From Octopus sinensis (Eukaryota): a stretch of 29,702 nucleotides of DNA. Below, in pieces: positions 1 through 11,620 of this stretch. The stretch is taken from NCBI RefSeq assembly GCF_006345805.1, contig NW_021832884.1, positions 1 through 29,702 of the forward strand. The letters are read 5' to 3'. How positions within the stretch are numbered: position 1 is the first letter of the stretch; each line of letters opens with the position of its first letter. A program made the translations under genes and the position numbers. The notes under the pieces are model-generated. The model was not told the origin of the DNA. It did no database searches and saw only the letters and a list, made by a program, of their open reading frames with translations.

Positions 1-36
1 TGTGTGTGTGTATGTGTGTTTGTGTGTGTGTATGTG

Positions 37-68
<32 letters not shown>

Positions 69-72
69 TGCT
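1..72. repeat. (TG)n/(TGCG)n microsatellite
   Basis: Direct reading of the sequence. Confidence 0.95.
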
Positions 73-139
73 TGGGTCAGTCAACATTTTCAATGGTTTA
101 GTAAAAGAAATCAATCAAGCATTTAATGCTTGATATGTA

Positions 140-230
140 GCATTTAGTTCTATCGGTCGATAGATGAAGTAAACAAACCAACACCGGCTGTGAAGCGATT
201 TGGCTCGCACAAACACACTCATCCACACAC
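140..230 (-). mobile_element. Diverged fragment of SINE family B (3' half)
   Basis: ttctatcggtc...gtaaacaaaccaacaccggctgtgaagcg...acaaacac resembles 14700-14790 and 17707-17795. Confidence 0.5.
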
Positions 231-272
231 ATACTCACAGACATACCCACCCACATATATGTATATATTATA

Positions 273-580
273 TAGGCGCAGGCATGGCTGTGTAGGCGCA
301 GGCATGGCTGTGTAGGCGCAGGCGTGGCTGCATAGGTGCAGGCTTAGCTTCCTAACCACATGGTTCCTGGTACAGTCCCACCGTTTGGCACTTTGGGCAA
401 ATGTCTTCCGCTATAGCCTCAGGCCAACGAAAGCCTTTTGAATGAATTAGGTAGACGGAAACTAGATGAAGCCCGTCGTTTATATATATATGTACATATC
501 TATGTGTGTATGTGTGTCTTTGCGTCTGTGTTTATCCCCCTAGCACTGCTTGACAACCGGTGTTGATGTGTTTATCTGCC
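273..580 (+). mobile_element. tRNA-derived SINE family B, 3'-truncated, head 20-mer tandemly amplified
   Basis: Aligns with the full copy at 16943-17342 (aaccacatggttcc...ttgggcaa...gaagcccgtcg, internal TA/TG tract, tagcactgcttgacaaccg). Confidence 0.9.
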
Positions 581-596
581 CGTGTGCGTCTGTATA

Positions 597-745
597 TACG
601 ACGGGATTCTTTCAGTTTCCGTCAACCAAATCTATTCGCAAGCCTTTGGTCGGCCCGAGGCTATAGTAGTAGAAGACACTTGCCCAATGTGGCCCGGAAG
701 CATGTGGTTGGGAATCAAGCTTCTTACCATACACCCACTCCGTCT
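597..745 (-). mobile_element. SINE family B, 5' half
   Basis: Reverse complement of the family B head/body (acgacggg...tttcagtttccgtc...gaagacacttgccca). Confidence 0.9.
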
Positions 746-872
746 ACGAAATTCACTTATTGATGAATCCGAAGTTTGAGTAGATGGCACTTGTTCAATG
801 CACTGCGAAACTATTTGGTTGCAATTCGAATTTACCGGTAAACTCCCAGGTGTATTCCCCACAATTTATTAA

Positions 873-873
873 C

Positions 874-916
<43 letters not shown>

Positions 917-920
917 ATAT
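873..920. repeat. (TA)n microsatellite
   Basis: Direct reading. Confidence 0.95.
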
Positions 921-1829
921 CGTTCAACCACGGTAGTGGTTGAATAAATTAAGTCCACCATTTCATCAATCGCAGTAGCTTCACCACTAATTCAGTTCTC
1001 AACTAAATTGCAAACTGTTAATAATTGTAAAAATGATAACTCCTGAGCTACACTTTAGCATAAATAGTTTGAGATTTGGTTAAGTTACATCAAAATAGCT
1101 GCGACCTCAATGGAGGGGGGCAGTAAGGTATATATTCATCTTCAGTTATCATAAATTTTTAAATTTTAAATTAAAAATATACTTTTCTTAGGCTTAAATG
1201 ATAGGAAAATGCATGAGGAATTCAGGATCGCTAGTCGCATTGGACAAAAATTAGTAGAAAAAGAGTAATGAGGTAAAATATTACGACATTTTATGTCAGT
1301 AATTAAGGACTCAGTGGATGTTATTTTTTTTTCGTTGAATGAATACCTGTGATCTCCTAATATTCCAAAATTAGGTGAGCCTGGTAACTGATCGTTTTGG
1401 GGTCCTGTTGTTCGTAACTTTTGGTGAGCCATGGTGCAACCAAGAACATGGTAAAAATGCCTGCCATTAATTTTGTGTGGATGGGTAATATGAAATAATT
1501 CAATCACAACATATATTTAAATTAAACATGAAAAAAGTTCAGATATTATCACAACGTACGTGGAAAAATTGAAATATTATCTTTCAGTATTTTATAAGGT
1601 AAATTCTTAAATTATTAATTGACACATTATTAATTATCTTATAAGAGCAATGCCTGGAAAAATCATGGATTACATGGAAAAAGGCGAGCATGAAAAGTAA
1701 CATTCTTAAGATTATAAACCTGGAAAAGTACAGGACAAGTTATTTCACCTCTAAAAGTATAGGAGAAGCTATTACTTCTAGTAAAGTAAAGAATAAGAAA
1801 CTTTTTGCTTAATATATATATACATAATC

Positions 1830-2020
1830 GAAAAGAAAAACACCAAAAACACAAGGAAAAAACAACAACGCGAGGACGTGGTACATGCAAAGTACTAACA
1901 GACCCTCAAGTTAGGAAAGAAAGTAGTTTACGCTTCGAGCAAAACTCTTCTTCAGAAATAGGAGACAGAGGAAAGTCCAAGTAAAAAGGAAGGCGAGGGA
2001 AAAAATCGCCAACGATTCAT
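1830..2020 (-). mobile_element. Penelope-like terminal-repeat fragment with degenerate minimal hammerhead core
   Basis: Minus strand 1960-1925 reads tttCTGAAGAaGAGttttgCTCGAAGcgtaaac (CUGANGA, GAG/CTC stem II, GAAG instead of GAAA); flanked by TA-rich tracts; loosely similar to 7147-7228. Confidence 0.5.
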
Positions 2021-2030
2021 ATATTGTTAC

Positions 2031-2093
<63 letters not shown>

Positions 2094-2115
2094 TCTATCT
2101 ATCTATCTATCTATC

Positions 2116-2146
<31 letters not shown>

Positions 2147-2220
2147 ATATATTCATATATATATATATATTTAGTCTCTTCCTATAATATATATATAATA
2201 TATTATTATATATATTATTA
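2031..2220. repeat. (TATC)n then (TA)n compound microsatellite
   Basis: Direct reading. Confidence 0.95.
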
Positions 2221-3669
2221 ATAGGAAATATAAAATTCCAGGAAAGGCAGGGGAAACAAACTCAATGTTAGTAATACTAAATTTATATACATATAATATA
2301 TATATATATATATATAAATGGCTAGTATCTTGAATATGCTTCTCCAGCCAAATTCTTATGATTACCAATAACTTATGTTTAAGAATTTAAATGTGGAGAG
2401 GATGCGTTATTTAATATTGAGTATGTCCAGATTCTTGACTGAAGAGCCACACGCCCTCGCTGGTTATGGAAACCCGTTTTTACCTCTGTACAGTTTTTCT
2501 TTCGCCTGTGCTTAAGTTTGAAGTGATACCCTCTTCTTGTAGTCCGACCCCACTTCTTAGTTTTCATATATGTATGTTTGCATGTTAGTGGTTTTATATC
2601 ACTTCATTATTTTTTTTCCTTTTGTTACATATTAACTTCACAATTCTTCTGAATTGCTGAATTGACTCCATATTTTACCATTCTATTGTCATGGAATATT
2701 CTAAATTCGTCATCATACAACTATGTAAAAATATTATTTTAGTAAGCATTTTTATCATGCCAATTTATATAGCTGAAATTTTTGTCATTAGTTTTGGGGT
2801 TACAATCTTTCCAGGCTTTGCTTGGTCATCCTTTTGTCCGCATTTTTTTTTTCGTTATTTCTTTTTTACTTTTTAGTTTTTATTTATTCATTTATTTATT
2901 TATTTTCCTGAGTAATCCCTGCAGCAATGGAGTATGGTCATTGAAAGTTAATTCAACAATCATTAATCGATAGCCATATTTTAGCCATAACCTGACCGGC
3001 AAATGAAATGATCAGGGATAAATAAGCAGGAAGAACATTCCAAACCGAAGGATCATTCTTGCAATGAATAGATATAATTACATTGTGTGATTGGTGCTTA
3101 GTTCAAGCATGTCAGTGAGTTCAGTTACGCTCCACTAAACCTAGCTAGGTTGCTACAGTAATTAAGCAAGTGTTTATTAGGCGACCTAATGAAAATAGTA
3201 AAAATGGTAAAGGAACTATTGGTACATATGGTTTATTTAAATACATATTTGCTGTTATTATTTGCAAAATTAATCTAAATCTGAATTAAGGTCATCACCT
3301 CAGATTACTTCAATTATGAGTCAACGGAGAAGCTTCTTCTTAGCAGTCTGTCCAGTTGCTCGTTAGCAGGGTCGAATCTCGTTCAAATTTCACATTTCGG
3401 TTTCAAGTGGTGTCCAAGTGATTGGCAACTAACTTAATAATCCCTGCCAGTTCAGATTCATATTTTTAGGTACCTTTTATATTTCTTTGCTACCATATGG
3501 AGATTTCGGTATTCAATTTTGTTATCAGTCGCTAGATTTGAAGGATAAAGTTGTTCAAAAGTCAATCTTTATGTGAAAACCATCTGCAAATAACTTTCGT
3601 CTTGGACCTTGGGTGATTTTTGTACAATTCCGGCTCTCCTTAAATCTCTTTCCTTCTTATTTCTTTTTA

Positions 3670-4268
3670 TATCTTTACTACCCACAAGGAGCTAAACGCA
3701 GAGAGGACAAACAAGGACAGACAGACGGATTAAGTCGATTATATCAACCCGGGTGCGTAACTGGTACTTATTTAATTGACCCCGAAAGAATGAAAGGCAA
3801 AGTCGACCTTGGTGGAATTTGAACTCAGAACGTAGCGGCAGACGAAATACCTGTTTCTTTATTACCCACAAGGGGCTAAACACAGAGAGGACAAACAAGG
3901 ACAGACAAACGGATTAAGTCGATTATATCAACCCCAGTTCGTAACTGGTACTTATTTAATCGACCTCGAAAGAAAGAAAGGCAAAGTCGACACAGGTGGT
4001 TTTTGAACTCAGAACGTAGCGGCAGACGAAATACCTGTTTCTTTATTACCCACAAGGGGCTAAGCATACAGGGGACAAACAAGGGCAGTCAAATGGATGA
4101 AGTCGATTACATCGACTCCAGTACGTAACTGGTACTTAAATTATCAACCCCGAAACGATGAAAGGCAAAGTCGACCTCGGCGGAATTTGAACTCAGAACG
4201 TAACGGCAAACGAAATACCGATAAGCATTTCGCCCGACATGCTAACGTTTCTGCCAGCTCGCCGCCTT
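3670..4268 (-). mobile_element. SINE family A trimer (one head plus three 184-bp units)
   Basis: gaaatacc recurs at 3844, 4028 and 4212 (period 184); tRNA-like head with B-box-like gagttcaaattcc on the minus strand. Confidence 0.95.
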
Positions 4269-4489
4269 CCCTTCTGCTCTCTCTCTTTCTCTCTCTCTCT
4301 TTCTTTCTTTCTTTTCTAACGTCGTCCATTATCTTCTCTTCCTTTGCCGTTGAACTCTGCTGTCCGCTATTGTCTCCCTACCCGAGACAAAGTATAATGA
4401 TAATTGAAATCCCAGAGATCATTCCTCCACAAAAAAAAAACGGACGACTGGACTGATCTTGATTGGTGACATCACTTCGAGTAGCTCAA

Positions 4490-5035
4490 ATTATATCAGT
4501 TGTATAATGTGGAAAGTATTCCATCAACAATGCCTATTTTACATTGCAACCAGCTTTAAAATTCACCCGAGGCTTAACCCCTGTGCTATCTGTCCTCCAC
4601 TAAAAACATGATCGCGTCACATCACAACATAATGACACGTCTATTTCACCTGAGCTAGCCCTACTAAGCAAAAAAAAAGACACAATAACATTCAAACAGA
4701 TCCTGAACAAATACTTCCAACAAATTCCCGATACTTCACCAACATTAAAATAGATATATGTTTTTTTATTACCCACAAGGGGCTACACACAGAGGGGACA
4801 AACAAGAACAGACAAACGAATTAAGTCGATTACATCGACCCCAGTGCGTAACTGTTACTTAATTTATCGACCCCGAAAGGATGAAAGGCAAAGTCGACCC
4901 CGGCGGAATTTGAACTCAGAACGTAGCGGCAGACGAAATACAGCTACGCATTTCGCCCAGCGTGCTAATGTTTCTGCCAGCTCGCCGCCTTACATTAAAA
5001 TAGATATAACTCTTTAATCAAATGGGCTGTGACTG
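4490..5035 (+). pseudogene. Decayed non-LTR retrotransposon (CR1/L2-like) ORF2 C-terminus, interrupted by a SINE
   Basis: Manual translation gives YISCIMWKVFHQQC...SFKIHPRLNPCAICPPLKT*SRHITT**HVYFT...KDTITFKQILNKYFQQIPDTSPT [SINE] NSLIKWA, resembling LINE ORF2 ends (FK..LDK.L..IPD.P...NSL); contains stops and frameshifts. Confidence 0.65.
4759..4991 (-). mobile_element. SINE family A monomer with 17-bp TSD
   Basis: Full head to tail; perfect direct repeat acattaaaatagatata at 4742-4758 and 4992-5008. Confidence 0.97.
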
Positions 5036-5140
5036 TAATATGAAACATCATTAAGAGTCTTTGCCGGATGATGGTATTATGTTAGTCATGGACTGGACGA
5101 ATCCGTCAAAACCTAAGAATCAAAATATCAAACCATCATA

Positions 5141-5311
5141 CAATATTTACAGATAGGTGTCCTCAACCTTGCTTGTTGTTAGCACAACTTTTCGGCTGAT
5201 GTACTCTCCAGTCTTCATCAGGTGTCTTGGTAGAGATTCGAAACCAACCCTTTATTTGGCTAATGGGGTACACTATTCAGATTCCAAAGGGATTTTTTGC
5301 TGATATTATTA

Positions 5312-5379
<68 letters not shown>

Positions 5380-5428
5380 TATTCAAGTCACTGACTGGGA
5401 CTGAACCCGTAATCGTGAGATTAGTAGC
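5141..5428 (-). mobile_element. SINE family E (tRNA head, (AAT)n, hammerhead-like 3' part), 5'-truncated
   Basis: Inverted homolog of 5427-5670; minus strand carries gacacCTGATGAagactggagagtacatcagccGAAAagttgtg. Confidence 0.8.
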
Positions 5429-5670
5429 GTATTGGTTAAGAGCGCGGTCTACTAACCCCAAGATTCCGGATTCACTCCCAGTCAGTCACTTGAATAAATA
5501 ATAATAATAATAATAATAATAATGATAATAATAATAATAATAATAATAATAATATTGATAATAATAACATCAGCAAAAAATACCTTGCGAATGTGAACAG
5601 AGTACCCCCAGTAGTCAATGGGTTGCGTTCGAAATTCCACCCTGACACCTATCAGTCCAATGTAAATATT
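5427..5670 (+). mobile_element. SINE family E with tRNA-like head, hammerhead segment deleted
   Basis: gcgtattggttaagagcgcgg...ggattcactccc (A/B-box-like), internal (AAT)n, 3' part matches the left copy except between the two GACACCT repeats. Confidence 0.8.
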
Positions 5671-6274
5671 TTCCATAATTCCTCATCTTTGAAATATAGA
5701 ACAATACCAATCTATCATATATTTGTTTCTATGTTCCAATATATTGCTGTGTCTAATCAGTAGAATTGGAATAGCACTGTTTTCAATTCTACTGATTATA
5801 CACACCAATGTTTGACTATTATTACGGGTTTCTTTTGAGTGCTTTTCTTTTTTCGGAATATATCATCAATTACTGGGTTCAAACTGTTTCTGGTTCTTCT
5901 GTCCGTAGCACGTTGTGCATATCTAGAATGTGAAGATTGGGGGAGAGACATTGTTACACCAGTGTCCAGATAGAAGTCGTTTGCTGCTGAGTAGAATGGA
6001 GAACCCGCGTCAAATTTAATTCTGAAACTTGCACATCGTAAATATAGTATGAAAGTAATCCTTAAAATGAACTTTGATTAATAATATTCATTGCAAGATG
6101 AAGCTTTCGGTCGGTGGAAAACCAGACAAATGCAATATGAGCAGGATGGTGTATATTTAATAGGCGTATAATATGGAGAAGTGTGTTTAGGACTAATATT
6201 TCTGGAAGTAGAAATCAGATATTCATACGGGGGAAGGATGCTTATATTATACTATTTTAACAATTTTTGAATAC

Positions 6275-6558
<284 letters not shown>

Positions 6559-6640
6559 AAATGTACGTGCGGAACGAAAATCATTTAGAAAATGCCTCTT
6601 AGATGATACTCGATTGCTAGTTTATTCTAATATACATACG

Positions 6641-6678
<38 letters not shown>

Positions 6679-6999
6679 TACACAAGCAAACACATTTGCC
6701 TCTGTCACCCTCCTCTCTCCCTCTCCCTGTTTCTGATTTCTGTATGTGTGCATATTTGTAAATGTGTTTTAGCATAGGTTTTAGCATGTGTTTCTGTGTA
6801 TGTATGTGTGTTTGTCATAGTGTGTGTGTAGGTGTGGGCGTGTGCTTGTGTTTATGTATTTGTTCCCGGTTTGTTAAAGGGAAAGAAACGCAGAGCGTAT
6901 CGGTGTTAGTTCATTCTCTGCCAAGGTTTCCGTGGAATTACAAGCTTCATCAAAATTAAGTTTACCTGATACCTATACAAATACAAAATACTACATACA

Positions 7000-7240
7000 T
7001 CATAATATATATATACAATATATACATATATATAATATTCTAATATATAGATATATACATATATTAATATATATATATATATATATATTATATACATATA
7101 TATATACATATATATATATATACATATATATATAATATATATATAACGGGAAGCTTTATGAAAATAAACAAAAGACGAAGGCAGGTGGAAACAAACGAAC
7201 AATTGTATTAGTATGGCGCTCAGGAAATATAAATATACAT

Positions 7241-7272
<32 letters not shown>

Positions 7273-7348
7273 CATACATTCATAATATATATATTATATA
7301 GATATAGATATAGATATAGACATTGATATATATACATACAGATATATA

Positions 7349-7379
<31 letters not shown>

Positions 7380-7485
7380 ATATATAATATTATATATATA
7401 CATATATATAATATATATATATATATATATTATGTATATATATATATATATATATAGATAGTGATATATTACATACAGATGTATA

Positions 7486-7516
<31 letters not shown>

Positions 7517-7530
7517 ATATGTATGTATAT
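7000..7530. repeat. Degenerate (TA)n tract with an embedded ~80-bp insert (7147-7228)
   Basis: Direct reading; the insert resembles the Penelope-like fragment at 1850-1920. Confidence 0.85.
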
Positions 7531-8189
7531 GCAATGATATCTCATTGGAATTTAAGATACCTACGTTAGATTTACATGTCCTTACATGCTTCTTATTTGT
7601 AATGCACTTCTTACAATTTTCTTCTCTTTCTTCTCGGTAGCTTCTCTTTCATTTCTAATGGCGGCTAACAAAACATATTTCACTGTATTATTTTCTCTAA
7701 TCACGTCTGCTAGTTTTATAAACATTTACGTTTAAACTTTTCAAATGATATAAGTCTTTTCCTTATTTACTCCTTCGCTTTCTTGATTTTGCCTCCTTTT
7801 CAGGAATTATTATTATTCTTTGTTTTGTTTTTTCGTGTGTTTGTTTCTTTGTTTTACACGTAACTTCTTTGTCTCTGTTCTTCGCTTTTACTGTTTGTTA
7901 TTTGTTTTAGATGTCTTTTTTATTCTTCTATCTTTGTCTTTCATATTTTTCCTTCAAATTTCTATCACTTACGTCTTTCTTTCTGTTGTCTTTACATGTG
8001 TTACTTCTTGTTGTTGTTGTTGTTCTTCCTCTTCTTGTTATAACTGTTGTCAGCCTCTTGCTATGTGAATTTATTTATAAATTTGTGCAATTTTGACGCG
8101 TGCATTATGTTTAACCAACGAACATAGAAATCTTACACGCACAAACACATAGATATAAAAATAAGCATACGTAATGAAACACAGACACA

Positions 8190-8485
8190 TACACACACAC
8201 CACACACACACTTACACACACGTATATATACATATATATTTATATATATATATGTGTATATATAATATAGGTATATATATATATATATATGTATATATGT
8301 TTATATATATTTATATATATCATATATATATATATATATATATATACTCATACATACACACAAACATGGCATGTATGCATAAATACATATATACATACAT
8401 ATATAATTATGTGCGTTTATATACACAATTATATAAGTACATATATTTATACATGTGTCTTGGTGTCTCCATATATTGTATGTTC

Positions 8486-8532
<47 letters not shown>

Positions 8533-8583
8533 ATATATATATACACACATATATATGCATATATATATTATATATATATATAT

Positions 8584-8629
<46 letters not shown>

Positions 8630-8655
8630 ATATATTTGTATATATATATATACAT
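8190..8655. repeat. (CA)n/(TA)n low-complexity tract
   Basis: Direct reading; source of the spurious YIYI ORFs. Confidence 0.95.
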
Positions 8656-8981
8656 GTACAGTCACTCCATTTTGCTGCGTTTACCTTCCGTTTTATTCTC
8701 ATTCTCCCTTTCTGCATCTACATTTATTTTCTTACTTGCATCTTTCCCTCTTGCCTCCGTCGTTGCCCAATCTACACATTGCCACTCCCCTTTTTTTTCA
8801 CACACACACACACACAAGCACGCACAAATGCGCATACACATACATATACATACGTACGTACGCACGTACGTCCACGCACTCGTCATCACTAACACTACGA
8901 AACACTCCAAGCTACTTCGACACACTCCATTGTCTTATCGTTCAACTGCTTCCCCTCTTCGCAGCCTCTTTTACTAAAACT

Positions 8982-9055
8982 ACCACCACCACCACCACCA
9001 CCACCACCATACTACTAATACTACTACTACTACCACTACTACTACTACTACTTCT
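8982..9055. repeat. (ACC)n/(ACT)n trinucleotide tract
   Basis: Direct reading. Confidence 0.95.
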
Positions 9056-9371
9056 ACCACTCCTCACTCCTTTCCCATCGATTCCTAAACAGCACCACGT
9101 ATAATTTTCTATTTATCGTGTAATACATATTCTTTTCATTTAAGCAAATGTACAAGTATTGTCTTCCGTATATCATTGTCTCTTCGCTCGTCTTTTGTAA
9201 ATTGTTTTCTAAACTGGCTTCTTTTGTTATGGCGACGTTAAATTCATTCCACATCGCAGAAACATCAACAATTACAAAATTACATTGAAACAAAAGTTTA
9301 GCTATAATTTTCCCTCTGTTTATATTTCAACTTCTAAATTTACTTACTGTTATTTATATATTCTACTATGA

Positions 9372-9375
<4 letters not shown>

Positions 9376-9453
<78 letters not shown>

Positions 9454-9490
9454 CATTATTATTATTATTATCATTATTATTATTATTATT
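9376..9490. repeat. (ATT)n microsatellite
   Basis: Direct reading. Confidence 0.97.
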
Positions 9491-9610
9491 TTCACATATA
9501 ATTTTAAGTTATATACTAATTCTTTTATTATGAATATATTTGCTCGTTTGCTTGTTGGATTTTATTAAGGTTTATAACATTATTATGCATAAACTTATTA
9601 TTATTTGTTC

Positions 9611-9622
9611 TTGTTGTTGTTG

Positions 9623-9683
<61 letters not shown>

Positions 9684-9690
9684 CATTATT
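9611..9690. repeat. (TTG)n/(TTA)n microsatellite
   Basis: Direct reading. Confidence 0.95.
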
Positions 9691-10209
9691 TAACAGCATC
9701 ATCGTTATCATCATCGTCGTCGTCTTTAACGAAGTCGCTTTTGCTTTGTTCTTCCATTATATTGCTGCATTGATGTAGTTCTTACCGTTGTTCCATGTAG
9801 ATTATTGCACTCCGTAAACAAATGACCTTCCAAATATATACGCAATTTCAAAGTGAAATTATATCAATGAATAAATAAACGCAACAACAAATATAACGCA
9901 ATGTGTTTTTCCAACAAACATTCTGACATTCACTAACACTTGTCTCAGTTTCCCAACTTCAATTTACACACATATATATATATAAATTTATATTATATAT
10001 ATATATATGAATTTATCTTTGTATATATATATATATATGTGTGTGTGTGTACGTATATATGCGTACACGTATGACGTGTTTGTAGGAACAGTATCTTTTA
10101 TCGTACAATGGAACATTGTTTCTACATCTGAAGAGACATGCTTTTACATGGTTTGTTTATCTGTTCCAAATGAACTATTAGAGACGATGTTCGCTAGTAA
10201 TAAATGCAA

Positions 10210-10261
10210 TAACGACGACAACGACGACGACGACGATGATGATGACGATGATAATGATGAT
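10210..10261. repeat. (GAC)n/(GAT)n microsatellite
   Basis: Direct reading. Confidence 0.9.
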
Positions 10262-11164
10262 TAGGATTACGATGTTGGGGAAATTGGCGATTGACATGAG
10301 AGTAGAACATAGTTAGAAAACTACTTTATAAGGGGAAGCTAGGACCATTAACGATGGTTCACTAAACTCCCGTGAAGAGGATGTTGAGAATAGATGGACA
10401 ACCTCATCATTATCCTACCAACGACAGGCACCAAACTCTTGGTGAACATCTTTATTAAAACCTTCAAATCCCTGCTTAAGACAACATTGGGCCTGGAATT
10501 GACAAACTTTTCTATATATTTTATCTCTCTTCAATTGTTTCAATACTCTCAGCTGCCATATCGTTGAGATATTCCTGGTTTCTTACAGATTTAAGTCACG
10601 TAGCGTGTGATAGGGATGAAGGCGGTGATACCTAAATACAAACAACTTTTTGTTTTGTCAAGTTTTCCCATGTAGCATATTTACACAGCGTATATGACGT
10701 ATTTATACATGTGAGGATGAGAATAAGATAAAAGAAATCAGTAACAAGTAACAGGTGTTTGTCTTCAAATTGTTCAGTTTAAATTGTAAAAATAAACAGA
10801 AGTGATTGGATAATCTAATCGTGTCAAAAGAAAAACAAAATTAGAAATTGTGATGTAATATCCTCTCATAAAGTTCTTATTTCCTCTTGCTAACGATGTC
10901 TAATCAAAGATTGCTGATTTCTGATACGAAGATAGATCATTGGCAAAAATTGTCTTTAGGATCTCACAATATAGAAGTATCTATATCTAGGAGTGTTTTG
11001 ATGTTTTATAAGATCCCCACGTCTTTATCTAATCTGACTTGTATTATTTATATGTATCAAAAGAAATAATATTCGCTTACCGATGTTTTAATTTCGGCCG
11101 ACAAGTATCCCTCAAATCAAAAATTGTAAGCCGAATGAAGTATATATTCAATGGTGTGGTCACT

Positions 11165-11386
11165 AATATGTTGGTTTAAAGTTTTGGCACGAGGCTAGCG
11201 ATTTCGGGTGTGGGGCCAAGTCAACTATATCGACCCCAGTGCTCAAATGATACCTATTTTATCGAACTCTAACGACTGAAAGGCAAAGTCGACCCTGGTG
11301 GCATTTGAACTCAGAACATCAAGTCGAAAGAAATGTCGCTAAAGTTTTTGTCATGTCCCGTAACGATGTTGCCACTTCGCTGCCTT
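11165..11386 (-). mobile_element. Old SINE family A copy with alternative 3' tail
   Basis: atcgaccccagtgc...gaaaggcaaagtcgaccc...tttgaactcagaac core; different tail (tttggcacgaggctagcgatttc on the + strand). Confidence 0.85.
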
Positions 11387-11404
11387 GAACAAAATAATAG
11401 TAAT

Positions 11405-11620
11405 ACTTTCACGTTTTTGACACAAAGCCAGCAATTTTAAGGGCGTGTGTATGACAATTATATCGACTCCATCATCCAACTGATACTCATTTTATCGACC
11501 CCGAAAGAAGGAAAGGCAAATTCGACCACGGTGGTATTTGAACTCAGAACGTAAATTCAGACGACATACCGCTAAATAGTTTGCCTAGCATGATAACTAT
11601 TCTCTCCGCTCACCCCCTTA
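11405..11620 (-). mobile_element. Old SINE family A copy with alternative 3' tail
   Basis: tttatcgaccccgaaag...gaaaggcaaattcgacc...tttgaactcagaacgt core; tail similar to the 11165 and 14352 copies. Confidence 0.85.

Larger units (their letters stand above)
7560..9960 (-). promoter_or_regulatory. Candidate promoter / first-exon region
   Basis: SINE-free; unique blocks between microsatellites with strong purine/pyrimidine skew and visibly more CpG; minus-strand donor-like sites CG|GTAAGA (9785), CA|GTAAGT (9347), AA|GTAAGA (8735), AG|GTAAAC (8684), AC|GTAAGT (7972); YY1-like ATGGCGGC near 7658. Confidence 0.3.

Noticed and set aside
760-815. TTGATGA...GAAA motif (similar cases near 6925-6952 minus and CTGAAGA at 10128)
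   Set aside because: No convincing stem II, or no GAAA
1166-1507. 113-aa ORF
   Set aside because: No ATG start, no recognisable homology and no clear splice signals
3613-4456. Repeated similar ORFs (…VFRLPLRSEFK…)
   Set aside because: Read-through of tandem SINE A units, not coding
8174-9104. Longest ORFs (267 and 271 aa) and all other YIYI, LSIY, poly-I and poly-Y ORFs
   Set aside because: Translations of microsatellites that lack stop codons; no protein signal
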